NCBI GenBank assembly: GCA_035447945.1
Contig: DAOTHZ010000001.1
Location: forward strand, 1,362-65,361
Direction of reading: 5' to 3'
Length of the DNA stretch: 64,000 bases
Source: Syntrophomonas sp.
GTDB lineage: Bacteria > Bacillota > Syntrophomonadia > Syntrophomonadales > Syntrophomonadaceae
Positions within the stretch are counted from its first letter, which is position 1. Every line of letters starts with the position of its first letter. Below are positions 47,743-57,776 of this stretch, piece by piece. The position numbers and the translations under genes are program-made. The notes beneath the pieces were generated by a model. That model worked only from the letters and a program-made list of their open reading frames with translations. It did not search any database and was not told the origin of the DNA.

Positions 47743-49542
47743 TTGGCTGAACAATCTACCAGAAAAAGAAATGAGATCGATGAAAAATATAAATGGGATC
47801 TGGCAAAAATTTATGTGAATGAGACGTTGTGGGAAGAGGACTTTCAAACCTTACAGCAAAAAATCAAGGCGATTGCTGCCCTGCAGGGGACCATCCCCAA
47901 TTCGGCCGAAGCATTGCTGAAAGTGTTGCAGACTTCAGACGAGATGGGAAGAATTACTGAAAAACTGTATGTTTACGCTCGTATGCGCCGAGATGAAAAC
48001 AATGCCGATCAAAACTATCAGGCGCTTTTCGACCGTGCAGAGCGATTGAGTGTTGAAGCCAGCAGTGCGGCTGCCTATATTGTGCCTGAAATATTGGCGA
48101 TTCCTGAGGCAGACCTAAAAAACTATCTGCAGCAAAACAAAGGCTTGGCTGTATATCGACATGCCCTGGACGAGATCACCCGCCAGAAGGAGCATATCCT
48201 TTCTGTGCCGGAAGAACGTTTGCTGGCCATGGCGGCAGATCTCTCCACGGCATCCTCGCATATATTTACCATGCTCAACAATGCGGACCTCAAGTTTCCG
48301 GTAATCAAGGACGAGGAAGGGCATGAAGTGGAACTAACCAAAGGTCGATACGGCAGTTTTATGGAGAGCGGCAACCGCCAGGTGCGGGAAGATGCTTTTA
48401 AGGGCATGTACAGTACGTATCGCAAGTTTATGAATACCTTGGGGGCCAGTTTAAACGCCAGCATCAAAAAGGATATTTTTTATGCCCGGACTCGCAAATA
48501 TCCGTCTGCTCTTACGGCAGCCCTGGATGGCGACAATGTGGGCGTAGACGTCTATGATCGTCTGATTGAAGCTGTCCATAATAATCTGGAACCAATGTAT
48601 CGCTATATGAAAATCAGGAAACAACAGTTGGGCGTAGATGAACTACATATGTATGATATTTATGTCCCGCTGGCGAAAGATTACAAGATGACCATTCCCT
48701 ATGAAGAAGCCTGTGAGAAAATGCTCCAATCCCTGCAACCGCTGGGGCAGGAATATCTTGGCCAGGTTCAGGCAGGTTTGCAGGAAGGCTGGATCGATGT
48801 TTACGAAAACGAGGGCAAGACCAGCGGAGCTTATTCCTGGGGCACTTATGATACCCAGCCTTATATACTGATGAACTATGACAACAAACTGGATGACTTG
48901 TTTACCCTGGCGCATGAAATGGGCCATTCCATGCATTCATATTACTCCAATCATAATCAGCCTTACATTTATGCCCAGTATTCGATATTTGTTGCCGAAG
49001 TTGCCTCGACCGTCAATGAATCGCTGTTGATCGACTACCTGCTGCAACACAGCCATGACAAACAAGAAAAGATCTATCTGCTGAATCATTACCTGGAACA
49101 ATTTCGAGGGACTGTATACCGTCAAACCATGTTTGCGGAATTTGAAAAGATTATTCATGCCAAGGCTGAACAGGGGGAAGCCATTACGCCTGAATTGATG
49201 AATACAGTTTACCGGGATTTGAATAAACTGTATTACGGCCCGGAAGTCGTCCTGGATGAAGAAATCAATATCGAATGGGCTCGTATTCCTCATTTTTATT
49301 CCGCATTCTATGTATACAAATATGCCACCGGGTTTTCCGCTGCTACTGCCATCAAGGAAGCCATCCGCCGTGAAGGAGAAGTCGCGGTAGAAAAGTACTT
49401 GGGATTTTTAAAATCGGGTGGCTCGGATTATCCGATTATTTTGCTGCAAAAGGCCGGAGTCGACCTCACTACGCCTGAACCAGTCGATAGTGCATTAAAA
49501 TATTTTGCCCGGCTGGTAGATGAATTTGAAAGCTTGTTGTAA
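47743..49542 (+). CDS. pepF: Oligoendopeptidase F (M3B metallopeptidase)
   Basis: HEMGH zinc motif and overall PepF layout (599 aa). TTG start after AGGAGG. Confidence 0.9.
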   Translation: MAEQSTRKRNEIDEKYKWDLAKIYVNETLWEEDFQTLQQKIKAIAALQGTIPNSAEALLKVLQTSDEMGRITEKLYVYARMRRDENNADQNYQALFDRAERLSVEASSAAAYIVPEILAIPEADLKNYLQQNKGLAVYRHALDEITRQKEHILSVPEERLLAMAADLSTASSHIFTMLNNADLKFPVIKDEEGHEVELTKGRYGSFMESGNRQVREDAFKGMYSTYRKFMNTLGASLNASIKKDIFYARTRKYPSALTAALDGDNVGVDVYDRLIEAVHNNLEPMYRYMKIRKQQLGVDELHMYDIYVPLAKDYKMTIPYEEACEKMLQSLQPLGQEYLGQVQAGLQEGWIDVYENEGKTSGAYSWGTYDTQPYILMNYDNKLDDLFTLAHEMGHSMHSYYSNHNQPYIYAQYSIFVAEVASTVNESLLIDYLLQHSHDKQEKIYLLNHYLEQFRGTVYRQTMFAEFEKIIHAKAEQGEAITPELMNTVYRDLNKLYYGPEVVLDEEINIEWARIPHFYSAFYVYKYATGFSAATAIKEAIRREGEVAVEKYLGFLKSGGSDYPIILLQKAGVDLTTPEPVDSALKYFARLVDEFESLL

Positions 49543-49613
49543 GAATATGTATTGATAAATCCGGGCAAGGTAATCGAAAACGTTTGCATAGTTTTTAAGG
49601 AGGGGTATCGGGA

Positions 49614-52600
49614 TTGACGAACAGCAAACGGGAAAGCATTTTCGATGAGCAAATTGATCTGATCTTGCCGCAGTTGGAGAGCTATAACAATTTTGATCTA
49701 CTGATCGGGATTCCTTTCTACGGGAACAATTGTGGTTTGCATCAGGTACTGCAATCCGTGGACCAGGTTCTGCAGAATTGGATCGGCAGACGGCAGTTGA
49801 TTGTCTGTATAGGCGATGCCAATGCAGCAGAGATGATGCATACCATTGAAAATCTTCAATTGTATCATCCGTATCTGGCCTTTATCCTGCCGCCTGAGGC
49901 CAGCGGGCGGGGCATGAGCATCCGTGCCCTGCTGCAAATCGCCCGGAAAATGGAAGTCGATCTGCTGGTCTTTGATGCCCCTATGGGAACCAGTCATGGT
50001 CCGGGTATCAACATCGATTGGCTGGAAGGCTTGCTTACGCCTATTCAGGGACAATATGACCTGGTTGTCAGCAGCCGGAAGAGGCATGGCGGCATAACCA
50101 GCATTGCCTCCCTGCTGGCCATGCCGTTCCTGGAAACCTTCTATGGCAGTCGTCTGAGCGAGCCTCTGGGCGGAATATATGCCATTTCTCATGATTTTGT
50201 AGAGGAACTGGTGACAGAAGCCAAGTTCTGGACGGATACCATAGCCGGTTCCGGCATCGACTTCTGGCTGATTACCCGTGCGTTGTGCTGGAATAAGCAA
50301 ATCTGCGAATTGTATTTGAACGAGAATCCTCAATCTTGTAGCCTGGAACGCAACAGTGCAGTGTTTATAGATGTTTTAAAAACGATTTTTGCCTGTCTGG
50401 GGCGTGACCATGCTCTTTGGCTGCCGGAGCGGCTGGTCACCAAAGTAGTCGATATCCTGAACTATAAAAAAATGCCCGTGGTTGAGTCGGCCGGAGTCGA
50501 TTGGGATGAACTGCGCCAGGAATTAAAAAAGCATTACCAAAGATCCGAGGATACGATCAGGTTAATTTTGCCGGAAGAGAACGAGCAACAGTTGCGTCAG
50601 TTGATGACAGCAGCAACCGGAGATTATCACCTAAGCAATTCTGCCTGGGTGAGCAACATCTACAAAATCTTCTTGTATTACACGTTTAGCGAAGAAGTCA
50701 GTCAGAAGGATTTGTTGCATGCCGCTGCGGCATTGTTCAATGCGAAAATTGCCAGTTGTGTCCTGGAATTGAATCAGTTCGGTGCCGGTCTCAAGGCCGC
50801 GGATGAATTCGAAAAAGATGAACTGGTCAGTCACAAACTGGAATTGACCCGCCAGCAATTACTGGTGGAATTCCACAAGCAAAAGCCGCTGCTCAGCAAA
50901 CAATGGCTGGGAAGATCTGAACAAACCGCACCGCCGCTGGTCCCCTTTGGTTATATGGAATACATCCCGGGTCGTCCCATTGTTGTGCCTAAAAGAATCA
51001 GCGGCAAGGATAAACATGTCGTCAATACGGATGAACTGTTTAAAAAACTGCGCAAACTATACGAAGACCGGTTTAACCATTTCCTGGCGGAAGGACTCGG
51101 GCTTCCAGCCCACGCAGAACCTGATCGGATCATTGCCGCAATGGAAAAGTTTATGGCTGCTGCCGAGCGCACGGTAGATGAAATGTTTCCCGGGAATTTG
51201 AACGATCCTGACGGGATGGAGCAGTTTGTGACCGGGCTTTTTGCTATGGTCCCACATCAGCAGATGTTCACCATCAATACGGATCTTTTAAAGGAGATGC
51301 TGATCAGATTTCCGCCGGTCAATCTGATGATCCCGCTGGGATTCTACAGCCCGGCGGAGTTGCTTGCAAACATCGATCCCCGGGATGCGGTGACGTATGC
51401 CAATCTGGTTGACAGCTGGAGTTACAATGACCGTGACTTGGTGTGGCTGACCGAGCAACTGAAACCGGAAAGCTTTGGTTGGGCACAGATCAAACCATTG
51501 ATCGTCAACAAGTCCTTGCCGGAAGGGTTGTGGTCGCATACCAAGATTTCCAATCTGAATCGCTTAACGGCTCGTATCACCATCAAAGCCATGGAACCGG
51601 GCAAAGGAGGGAAATATCCCAAGCTGCGTTATTTCACTTCTCTCATTCGGCGGATTTGTTTGGCAGAGCATTATTCGCTGTTGTTTCAACAGAACGTCAA
51701 GGAACGCAAAAACGTGGGCGGCAAGGCCCGTAATTCGATGACCGCCATGGAAAAGGGTGATGACTTCTCCGCCCAGCGGATCTTTGAAAACAGCAACCAC
51801 CGGGCCCTGGTTGAAAAAATTGGTGCCATGGCTTTGGCTTTGCAGCAGCGGGGCATGAACGAACCTGCCCGGATTTTTCAAATGATGGCAGACGGCTATG
51901 GGCTAAGCCAGGTTCTGGAGGATGGAGCATTTTTAACTTGTACCGTGTGGAGTTGGGCCAGTTACAAGGGGGGCTTAAACCTACCAACCCCGATGACGAC
52001 CAGTATTGAAAACCGTTGGTTCAACCATGAATTTCTGGAACTTTTGTACAAGGAACTGGGCTACGACAAGGAAGAGATTTTGCAAACAGCATTTCGCTAT
52101 CTACAGTCCGGCAAGAGCGGACATAGTCTGCTGGATGCTCTGCTCCCAGCCCGACCCAAGGATATTCAGGTGGTGGTGCAGGAAACTACTAACGAACCCA
52201 GTAAAACACTGGTTCGCTATGAGGGTAATCCCTTGCTGGAGCCCATCAAGGAACATGACTGGGAGTGCAAATACGTCCTCAATCCGGGCGCGATTCGCAT
52301 CAAAGACAAAGTCTACCTTTTCTATCGTGCCGTCGGCGAAGACAATGTTTCCCATATCGGTCTGGCCATAACGGATGGCTACAGGGTATTGGAAAGATTG
52401 GACACACCCATCTTTTCACCGGCTACGCCCGAGGAAAAAATGGGCTGCGAGGACCCGCGCCTGATCCAGATCGGAGAACGTATCTGGATGCTCTATACTG
52501 CGTATGACGGGAATATTGCCCAGATCGCCGCGGCCTCGATCAGTTTGCAGGATTTTCTAGCGCGCAGATTTACCTCATGGAAACGGGAAGGTCTGGCATT

Positions 52601-53144
52601 TAAAAACATCTGGGATAAGGATGCGATCCTCTTCCCTGAAAAAATCAAGGATAGATACATTCTCTACCATCGCATCGAGCCGAGCATGTGGATTACGTAT
52701 ATGAAAGATCTGGTCTTTCCCAGTCGTGAAAAACATGCTATCATAATTGGTCCCCGGCCGGGACGGATGTGGGATTCATTAAAGATTGGTGCCGGCGCCC
52801 AGCCGATTAAGACCCGCTACGGATGGTTGCTGATCTATCACGGTGTGGATCATAATTACGTATATCGTTTGGGCGTTATCCTGGTGGACCTGGAGAATCC
52901 GCAGCGCGTTATTTACCGCTCTCCCAACCCTGTTCTGGAGCCGATTGAAGACTATGAACTGGGTCTGTCGGGTGCCTGGGTGCCGAATGTGGTCTTTACC
53001 TGCGGAGCGGTGGCTGGTACAGAGAAAGAAGTCCTGGAAGACGAGGATGAGATTCTGGTTTATTACGGTGCGGCAGATACCAGTATCGGCATGGCCAAGG
53101 CTACCCTGGCAGAAATGATTCCGGAAAAATTTCGCTGCCGCTAA
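49614..53144 (+). CDS. 1176-aa multidomain protein: N-terminal GT-A glycosyltransferase-like domain (glucosyl/mannosyl-3-phosphoglycerate synthase-like), about 600 aa of unknown sequence, and a C-terminal GH130 (DUF377, PH1107-related) beta-mannoside phosphorylase/glycosidase-like domain
   Basis: N-terminal region (about residues 25-240): IGIPFYGNN..., GRGMSIRALL..., LLVFDAP, SEPLGGIYAISHDF. This parallels the GpgS order GKGEAL / DSD / QPLSGEYA. C-terminal region (about residues 860-1170): MGCEDPRLI..WMLYTAYDG, DKDAILFPEKI, LIYHGV, YRLGVILVDLENP, VYYGAADTSIGMA, which are GH130 hallmarks. TTG start 8 nt after GGAGGGG. Confidence 0.6.
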   Translation: MTNSKRESIFDEQIDLILPQLESYNNFDLLIGIPFYGNNCGLHQVLQSVDQVLQNWIGRRQLIVCIGDANAAEMMHTIENLQLYHPYLAFILPPEASGRGMSIRALLQIARKMEVDLLVFDAPMGTSHGPGINIDWLEGLLTPIQGQYDLVVSSRKRHGGITSIASLLAMPFLETFYGSRLSEPLGGIYAISHDFVEELVTEAKFWTDTIAGSGIDFWLITRALCWNKQICELYLNENPQSCSLERNSAVFIDVLKTIFACLGRDHALWLPERLVTKVVDILNYKKMPVVESAGVDWDELRQELKKHYQRSEDTIRLILPEENEQQLRQLMTAATGDYHLSNSAWVSNIYKIFLYYTFSEEVSQKDLLHAAAALFNAKIASCVLELNQFGAGLKAADEFEKDELVSHKLELTRQQLLVEFHKQKPLLSKQWLGRSEQTAPPLVPFGYMEYIPGRPIVVPKRISGKDKHVVNTDELFKKLRKLYEDRFNHFLAEGLGLPAHAEPDRIIAAMEKFMAAAERTVDEMFPGNLNDPDGMEQFVTGLFAMVPHQQMFTINTDLLKEMLIRFPPVNLMIPLGFYSPAELLANIDPRDAVTYANLVDSWSYNDRDLVWLTEQLKPESFGWAQIKPLIVNKSLPEGLWSHTKISNLNRLTARITIKAMEPGKGGKYPKLRYFTSLIRRICLAEHYSLLFQQNVKERKNVGGKARNSMTAMEKGDDFSAQRIFENSNHRALVEKIGAMALALQQRGMNEPARIFQMMADGYGLSQVLEDGAFLTCTVWSWASYKGGLNLPTPMTTSIENRWFNHEFLELLYKELGYDKEEILQTAFRYLQSGKSGHSLLDALLPARPKDIQVVVQETTNEPSKTLVRYEGNPLLEPIKEHDWECKYVLNPGAIRIKDKVYLFYRAVGEDNVSHIGLAITDGYRVLERLDTPIFSPATPEEKMGCEDPRLIQIGERIWMLYTAYDGNIAQIAAASISLQDFLARRFTSWKREGLAFKNIWDKDAILFPEKIKDRYILYHRIEPSMWITYMKDLVFPSREKHAIIIGPRPGRMWDSLKIGAGAQPIKTRYGWLLIYHGVDHNYVYRLGVILVDLENPQRVIYRSPNPVLEPIEDYELGLSGAWVPNVVFTCGAVAGTEKEVLEDEDEILVYYGAADTSIGMAKATLAEMIPEKFRCR

Positions 53145-53216
53145 ATAGAGCTTCACGCCGAAGACTTTTTCGTGCTAAGATAAGCAGCAAAAGAGCGAAG
53201 AGACGAGGCGATTCCA

Positions 53217-55292
53217 GTGAAATCTTTGGTACTGGCTGAAAAGCCCAGCGTTGCCCGGGAAATCGCCCGGGTCCTCAAGTGCGTAAACAAACAAAAAGGC
53301 TATATGGAAGGCAGTCAATATGTGGTAACCTGGGCGCTGGGTCATCTGGTGACCTTGGCGGAACCGGATGATTATGACGCCAAATATAAACAATGGCGGT
53401 TGGAAGATCTGCCCATGCTGCCGGAAAAAATGAAATTAAAGGTGATCAAACCGACAGCCCATCAGTATCAGGTGGTAAAAAGTCTGATGAACCGGGCGGA
53501 TATAAATGAGCTTGTAATTGCCACGGATGCAGGACGGGAAGGAGAACTGGTCGCCCGGTGGATTATGGAACAGGCGCGCTGGAAAAAGCCTTTCAAGCGC
53601 CTATGGATTTCTTCCCAGACCGATGCCGCGATCCAGCAAGGATTTCGCCAACTAAAGCCAGGCCGGGAGTATGACAATCTTTATGTTGCCGCGGTATGCA
53701 GGGCTGAAGCGGATTGGCTGATTGGCCTTAATGTGACCCGGGCCCTGTCCTGCAAATACAATGCCCAGCTGACCGCCGGACGGGTGCAAACCCCTACCCT
53801 GGCCATGATTGTGAACAGAGAAAATGAGATCCAAGATTTTCAGTCCGTTGACTATTGGACCATCCGGGCAGATTTTGGTGATTATTATGGAGATTGGCGC
53901 GATCGCCACAACCAGGGGCGTATTTTTGAAGCCGGTCGGGCCGAGTCCATCGTAGCCAAAGTCAAGGGACAAACCGGGACGATAAAGGACATGAAAAAAG
54001 AAACCAAAGCAGAACCGCCTCCGTTGGCCTATGACTTGACTGAACTGCAGAGGGACGGCAATCGCCGCTTGGGTTGGTCTGCCCAGAAGACCCTTTCCAT
54101 CCTGCAGAGTTTGTATGAAGTGCACAAAGTGGTGACCTATCCCCGCACCGACAGCCGTTATATTACGCGAGATATCGTGCCCACCCTGCCGGCACGTTTG
54201 CAGGCAATGCAGACCGGACCCTATGTCGATTTTATCAGACCCTTGCTCAGCCAAAAAATTCAGCCCGGCAAACGATTTGTGGATGACAGCAAAGTCACCG
54301 ACCACCACGCCATTATTCCCACCGAGCAGAAGCTCAATTTAAACGCTTTAAGTGTGGATGAAAAGAAACTCTATGATATCATTGCCAGACGTTTCCTGGC
54401 GGTGCTCTATCCGTCCTATAAATATGAACAGACGACCATTACCACGGTGGTTGCTGAAGAAATCTTCCTGTCTCGCGGCAAGGTGGTTAAGGAAGCCGGT
54501 TGGCGCGCGCTGCAGGCGCAGATATCGGAAAAAGAAGAGAATAAAGAGGAACACCTGCCGGAGCAGCTGCTGCAGGAAAGGCATCAGGGAGAAACCCGGA
54601 AAGTTGGGAATTGCCGTTTAAACAAGGCCAAGACCAAGCCGCCGGCGCGCTATACCGAAGCCACCTTGCTGACGGCTATGGAAAGCCCCGGAAAATATAT
54701 AGAAGATGAAGAACTGCGCGAAGCCATGAAAGGCAGTGGTTTGGGAACACCGGCGACCCGGGCGGAAATTATTGAGAAACTGTTTAATACCTTCTATATC
54801 GAAAGACAGGGAAAGGAAATTCTGCCAACCGCCAAAGGCAGCCAACTGATCGGCTTGGCACCGCCCTCCCTGCGTTCACCTGAGCTGACGGCCCAATGGG
54901 AACAGCAACTGACAGACATTGCCCGCGGCAAGAGCAGCAAAGGTCAAATGATCACGGCCATCCGGGAGGATGCGCGGCAGATGGTAAGTGCCGTAGCTCA
55001 ATCCAGCGACGAATACAAACCCACCAATGTCAGCAAAAGCAAATGTCCCGCATGTGGAAAGAACATGTTGCTGGTCAACACCCGGCAGGGAAAAATGCTG
55101 GTCTGCCCAGACCGCACCTGCGGTCATCGCCAGCCGGAAAAACAGGCGGATACAGACGTTTTCAGCCGAAAAAAGCAGGGAGAACGGGTTAATCCCAGGC
55201 TGTTGGCCCGTTACAGTGATCAAAAAGACCTTGGTCAAAGTCTGGGTGACAAACTCAAGGAAGCTCTGCAGAATAAAGAAAAAAAACAATAA
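53217..55292 (+). CDS. topB: DNA topoisomerase III
   Basis: Toprim LVLAEKPSVA and DAGREGE motifs, active-site Tyr context YPRTDSRYI and a C-terminal zinc ribbon CPACG...CPDRTCGH. 691 aa. Confidence 0.9.
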   Translation: MKSLVLAEKPSVAREIARVLKCVNKQKGYMEGSQYVVTWALGHLVTLAEPDDYDAKYKQWRLEDLPMLPEKMKLKVIKPTAHQYQVVKSLMNRADINELVIATDAGREGELVARWIMEQARWKKPFKRLWISSQTDAAIQQGFRQLKPGREYDNLYVAAVCRAEADWLIGLNVTRALSCKYNAQLTAGRVQTPTLAMIVNRENEIQDFQSVDYWTIRADFGDYYGDWRDRHNQGRIFEAGRAESIVAKVKGQTGTIKDMKKETKAEPPPLAYDLTELQRDGNRRLGWSAQKTLSILQSLYEVHKVVTYPRTDSRYITRDIVPTLPARLQAMQTGPYVDFIRPLLSQKIQPGKRFVDDSKVTDHHAIIPTEQKLNLNALSVDEKKLYDIIARRFLAVLYPSYKYEQTTITTVVAEEIFLSRGKVVKEAGWRALQAQISEKEENKEEHLPEQLLQERHQGETRKVGNCRLNKAKTKPPARYTEATLLTAMESPGKYIEDEELREAMKGSGLGTPATRAEIIEKLFNTFYIERQGKEILPTAKGSQLIGLAPPSLRSPELTAQWEQQLTDIARGKSSKGQMITAIREDARQMVSAVAQSSDEYKPTNVSKSKCPACGKNMLLVNTRQGKMLVCPDRTCGHRQPEKQADTDVFSRKKQGERVNPRLLARYSDQKDLGQSLGDKLKEALQNKEKKQ

Positions 55293-55324
55293 AAAAGCGA
55301 ACAAGATAAAATAATTTGTACCCA

Positions 55325-55357
55325 GGGAGTCGTTATTCATCGGCTCCTTGTTTTTAT
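55325..55357 (+). terminator. Rho-independent terminator after topB
   Basis: Stem ggagtcg/cggctcc with an 8-nt loop, then ttgttttta. Confidence 0.55.
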
Positions 55358-55653
55358 TGCAGATTTTACACGCAATATCACGGAATACAATTGCTTCCAA
55401 AGGCAGGAAAGACGGCGGAATTTGAAGAAACAAATAATAACTGAGAAAGAGCGGATATGGAATCCAAGGAAATAAATTACAATCAGTCAAACATGCTGCA
55501 AAATTGAGGATGTTCGCTTGTTTTTGCGCATGATGCAGGCTGTTTTGTGCCTTATTTGGTGACAACCCAATTGGTGCAATCTGTTGACAAGGGACAGAAT
55601 GCGGATCATTGACTGTTGGTTCGATGTAGGGAGAACAGAGGGGGTACTGAGGA

Positions 55654-57741
55654 ATGCTGATTACCAATACAGAAACCCATATTATGAAACAATTACGCGG
55701 GATAAAAGTGCATGACAAGTGCTGCTTTATTTATGAAACAGAAGAAGAATGGGAATTCTATATGATCCCTTTTCTCAAACAGGGTCTGATGAATGGAGAA
55801 AAGTGTCTTTATCATGTTCAGCGCAGGGACGAGGACTACCTGTTGCGTTGTTTTGCCAAGCATGGGATTGAGGTTGAAGCATGCTTGGCATCCGGTCAAT
55901 TGGAGATTTTAAAACCGTCCTTCACCTTGCCTATACTCCAAACCAGCAATATGGATGAAATCATCCAAACATTTAAGTCGGAATTAGACCAATATTGCGC
56001 GCAAGGCTTTAAAAACCTTCGGCTTACCAGTGAATCGATTTCCAAACTTATGGATGCCGAAGAAGCGACAAGTCGTTTTCTGGAGTTGCAGCTAAGGCTA
56101 AACCGGGATGTTTTCCCATATTATGCGATAAGATCAATAACCCAGTTTCATCGCCATGAAGACAGCCCGATGGTTTTAAAAGACGCGATCATTTCTCATC
56201 CGTGTATATTCATTGGTGGTCAAATTTATCGAAATCCTGCCACGATTTCTCCGGAGATTTATTTCCAGCACAAGGATAAAGCCTGGGAAGCGGAATACTG
56301 GCTGCGTACCCAGGAAGCGCTGATTGATTCAGAAAAAAAATATCGCTTGATATTTGAACATTCCAAGGATATGACTACAATCATTGATGCCAAAACCTAT
56401 GATATTGTCTTGATTAGCCCGGTGCATTCCAAACTCCTTGGCTATACTCCTGAGGAAATGATTGGGAAAAACTGCCTGGAATTTATCCATCCCGACCAGC
56501 GGGAAACGATGGTGAAAGAATTCAAATCATCCCATACTGCCGGCAAGGGAATTTATGCAATACGCAAGCAGGACGGCTCTTATCTCTGGACGGAAGGAAA
56601 AGGCGATATCATTCATAATGTCAACGGCCATGACCAAATTATTTTGTTCACACGCGATATTCATGATAAGAAGCTGGCCGAAGATGCTTTGCATAGAAGT
56701 GAACAGAATTGCCGCTATCAATTGCGATATCTAAATACATTAATAAATACCATGAATGAATTGTGTCTGACCTATGATAGCGATAGTTGTCTTACCTTTG
56801 TCAACCAGCGGTTGGTGGAAAAGCTTGGGTACAGTGCCGAGGAGATGTTGGGCAAACCTTTGCTGGATTATGTTGTGGATGATCACAAACAAGCCGTGGC
56901 AGAGCAATTGCAGCTGCGTTTGCAGGGGGAATTTGGCAGCCATGAACACAAGTTTATCTGCAAAGATGGCAGTGAATTGCTGGTGGAATTGAAAGGTTCA
57001 CCAATTTATGAAGACGAGGAAATTACCGGCGGACTGGTGCTGGCCGATGATATTACTTCGCAGCGGCAGATGGAAATGGATATGGCCCGTCTCGGTCAAA
57101 TGCATCTGGTAGGAGAAATGGCTGTCAGCATCGGTCATGAAATTCGCAACCCCATGACTACGGTACAGGGTTTCCTGCAGATCTTGAGTCAAAATCATGA
57201 GTTTAACGAACACCGTGAGTATTTCGACTTGATGCTGGATGAACTTAAACGGGCCAACCTGATCATCAGTGAATTCATTTCCCTGGCCAAGAACAAGGTG
57301 GCCAATTTACAATCCCATAATCTGAATTCCATCATTCAGGCACTGGCACCATTGCTGATGGCGGATGCGCTGAACGGTGACAAGAATATCAAATTTGAAT
57401 TAAGCAAGCTGCCCAATATTTTGCTGGATGAAAACGAAATTCGTCAACTGATTCTTAATCTGGTCCGCAACGGCTTGGAAGCGATGCAGAATGGCGGCAA
57501 TGTAACGGTTAAAACCTGGCAGGAAAAAAACAAAGTTATGTTATCCGTCATGGACGAGGGCGATGGAATAAAGGAAGAGATTCTTGAAAAATTGGGAACC
57601 CCCTTCGTCAGCACCAAAGAAAACGGCACTGGTCTGGGATTGGCGGTTTGCTACAGTATTATCTCCCGGCATCAGGCCATACTGCAGGTTAAATCCAGTC
57701 AGACCGGAAGCAGTTTTACGGTAGCATTTAACTGTGTTTAA
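55654..57741 (+). CDS. Cytoplasmic sensor histidine kinase: MEDS domain, two PAS domains, HisKA and HATPase_c
   Basis: N-terminus HDKCCFIYETEEEWEFYMIPFLKQGLMNGEKCLY fits MEDS. H-box SIGHEIRNPMT, N-box LVRNGLEAM, G1 DEGDGI and G2 GTGLGLAV. No TM helices. No response regulator is adjacent. Confidence 0.8.
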   Translation: MLITNTETHIMKQLRGIKVHDKCCFIYETEEEWEFYMIPFLKQGLMNGEKCLYHVQRRDEDYLLRCFAKHGIEVEACLASGQLEILKPSFTLPILQTSNMDEIIQTFKSELDQYCAQGFKNLRLTSESISKLMDAEEATSRFLELQLRLNRDVFPYYAIRSITQFHRHEDSPMVLKDAIISHPCIFIGGQIYRNPATISPEIYFQHKDKAWEAEYWLRTQEALIDSEKKYRLIFEHSKDMTTIIDAKTYDIVLISPVHSKLLGYTPEEMIGKNCLEFIHPDQRETMVKEFKSSHTAGKGIYAIRKQDGSYLWTEGKGDIIHNVNGHDQIILFTRDIHDKKLAEDALHRSEQNCRYQLRYLNTLINTMNELCLTYDSDSCLTFVNQRLVEKLGYSAEEMLGKPLLDYVVDDHKQAVAEQLQLRLQGEFGSHEHKFICKDGSELLVELKGSPIYEDEEITGGLVLADDITSQRQMEMDMARLGQMHLVGEMAVSIGHEIRNPMTTVQGFLQILSQNHEFNEHREYFDLMLDELKRANLIISEFISLAKNKVANLQSHNLNSIIQALAPLLMADALNGDKNIKFELSKLPNILLDENEIRQLILNLVRNGLEAMQNGGNVTVKTWQEKNKVMLSVMDEGDGIKEEILEKLGTPFVSTKENGTGLGLAVCYSIISRHQAILQVKSSQTGSSFTVAFNCV

Positions 57742-57776
57742 TCTTGGGGGAGAAGCTTTCAACAGTTGGCAATTGG

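Noticed and set aside
54876-55718. 280-aa minus-strand ORF spanning the topB 3' end and the topB/kinase spacer
   Set aside because: It is antisense to the well-supported topB C-terminus. The sequence is low-complexity and Cys/Phe/Leu-rich, with no SD. This is a typical shadow ORF.
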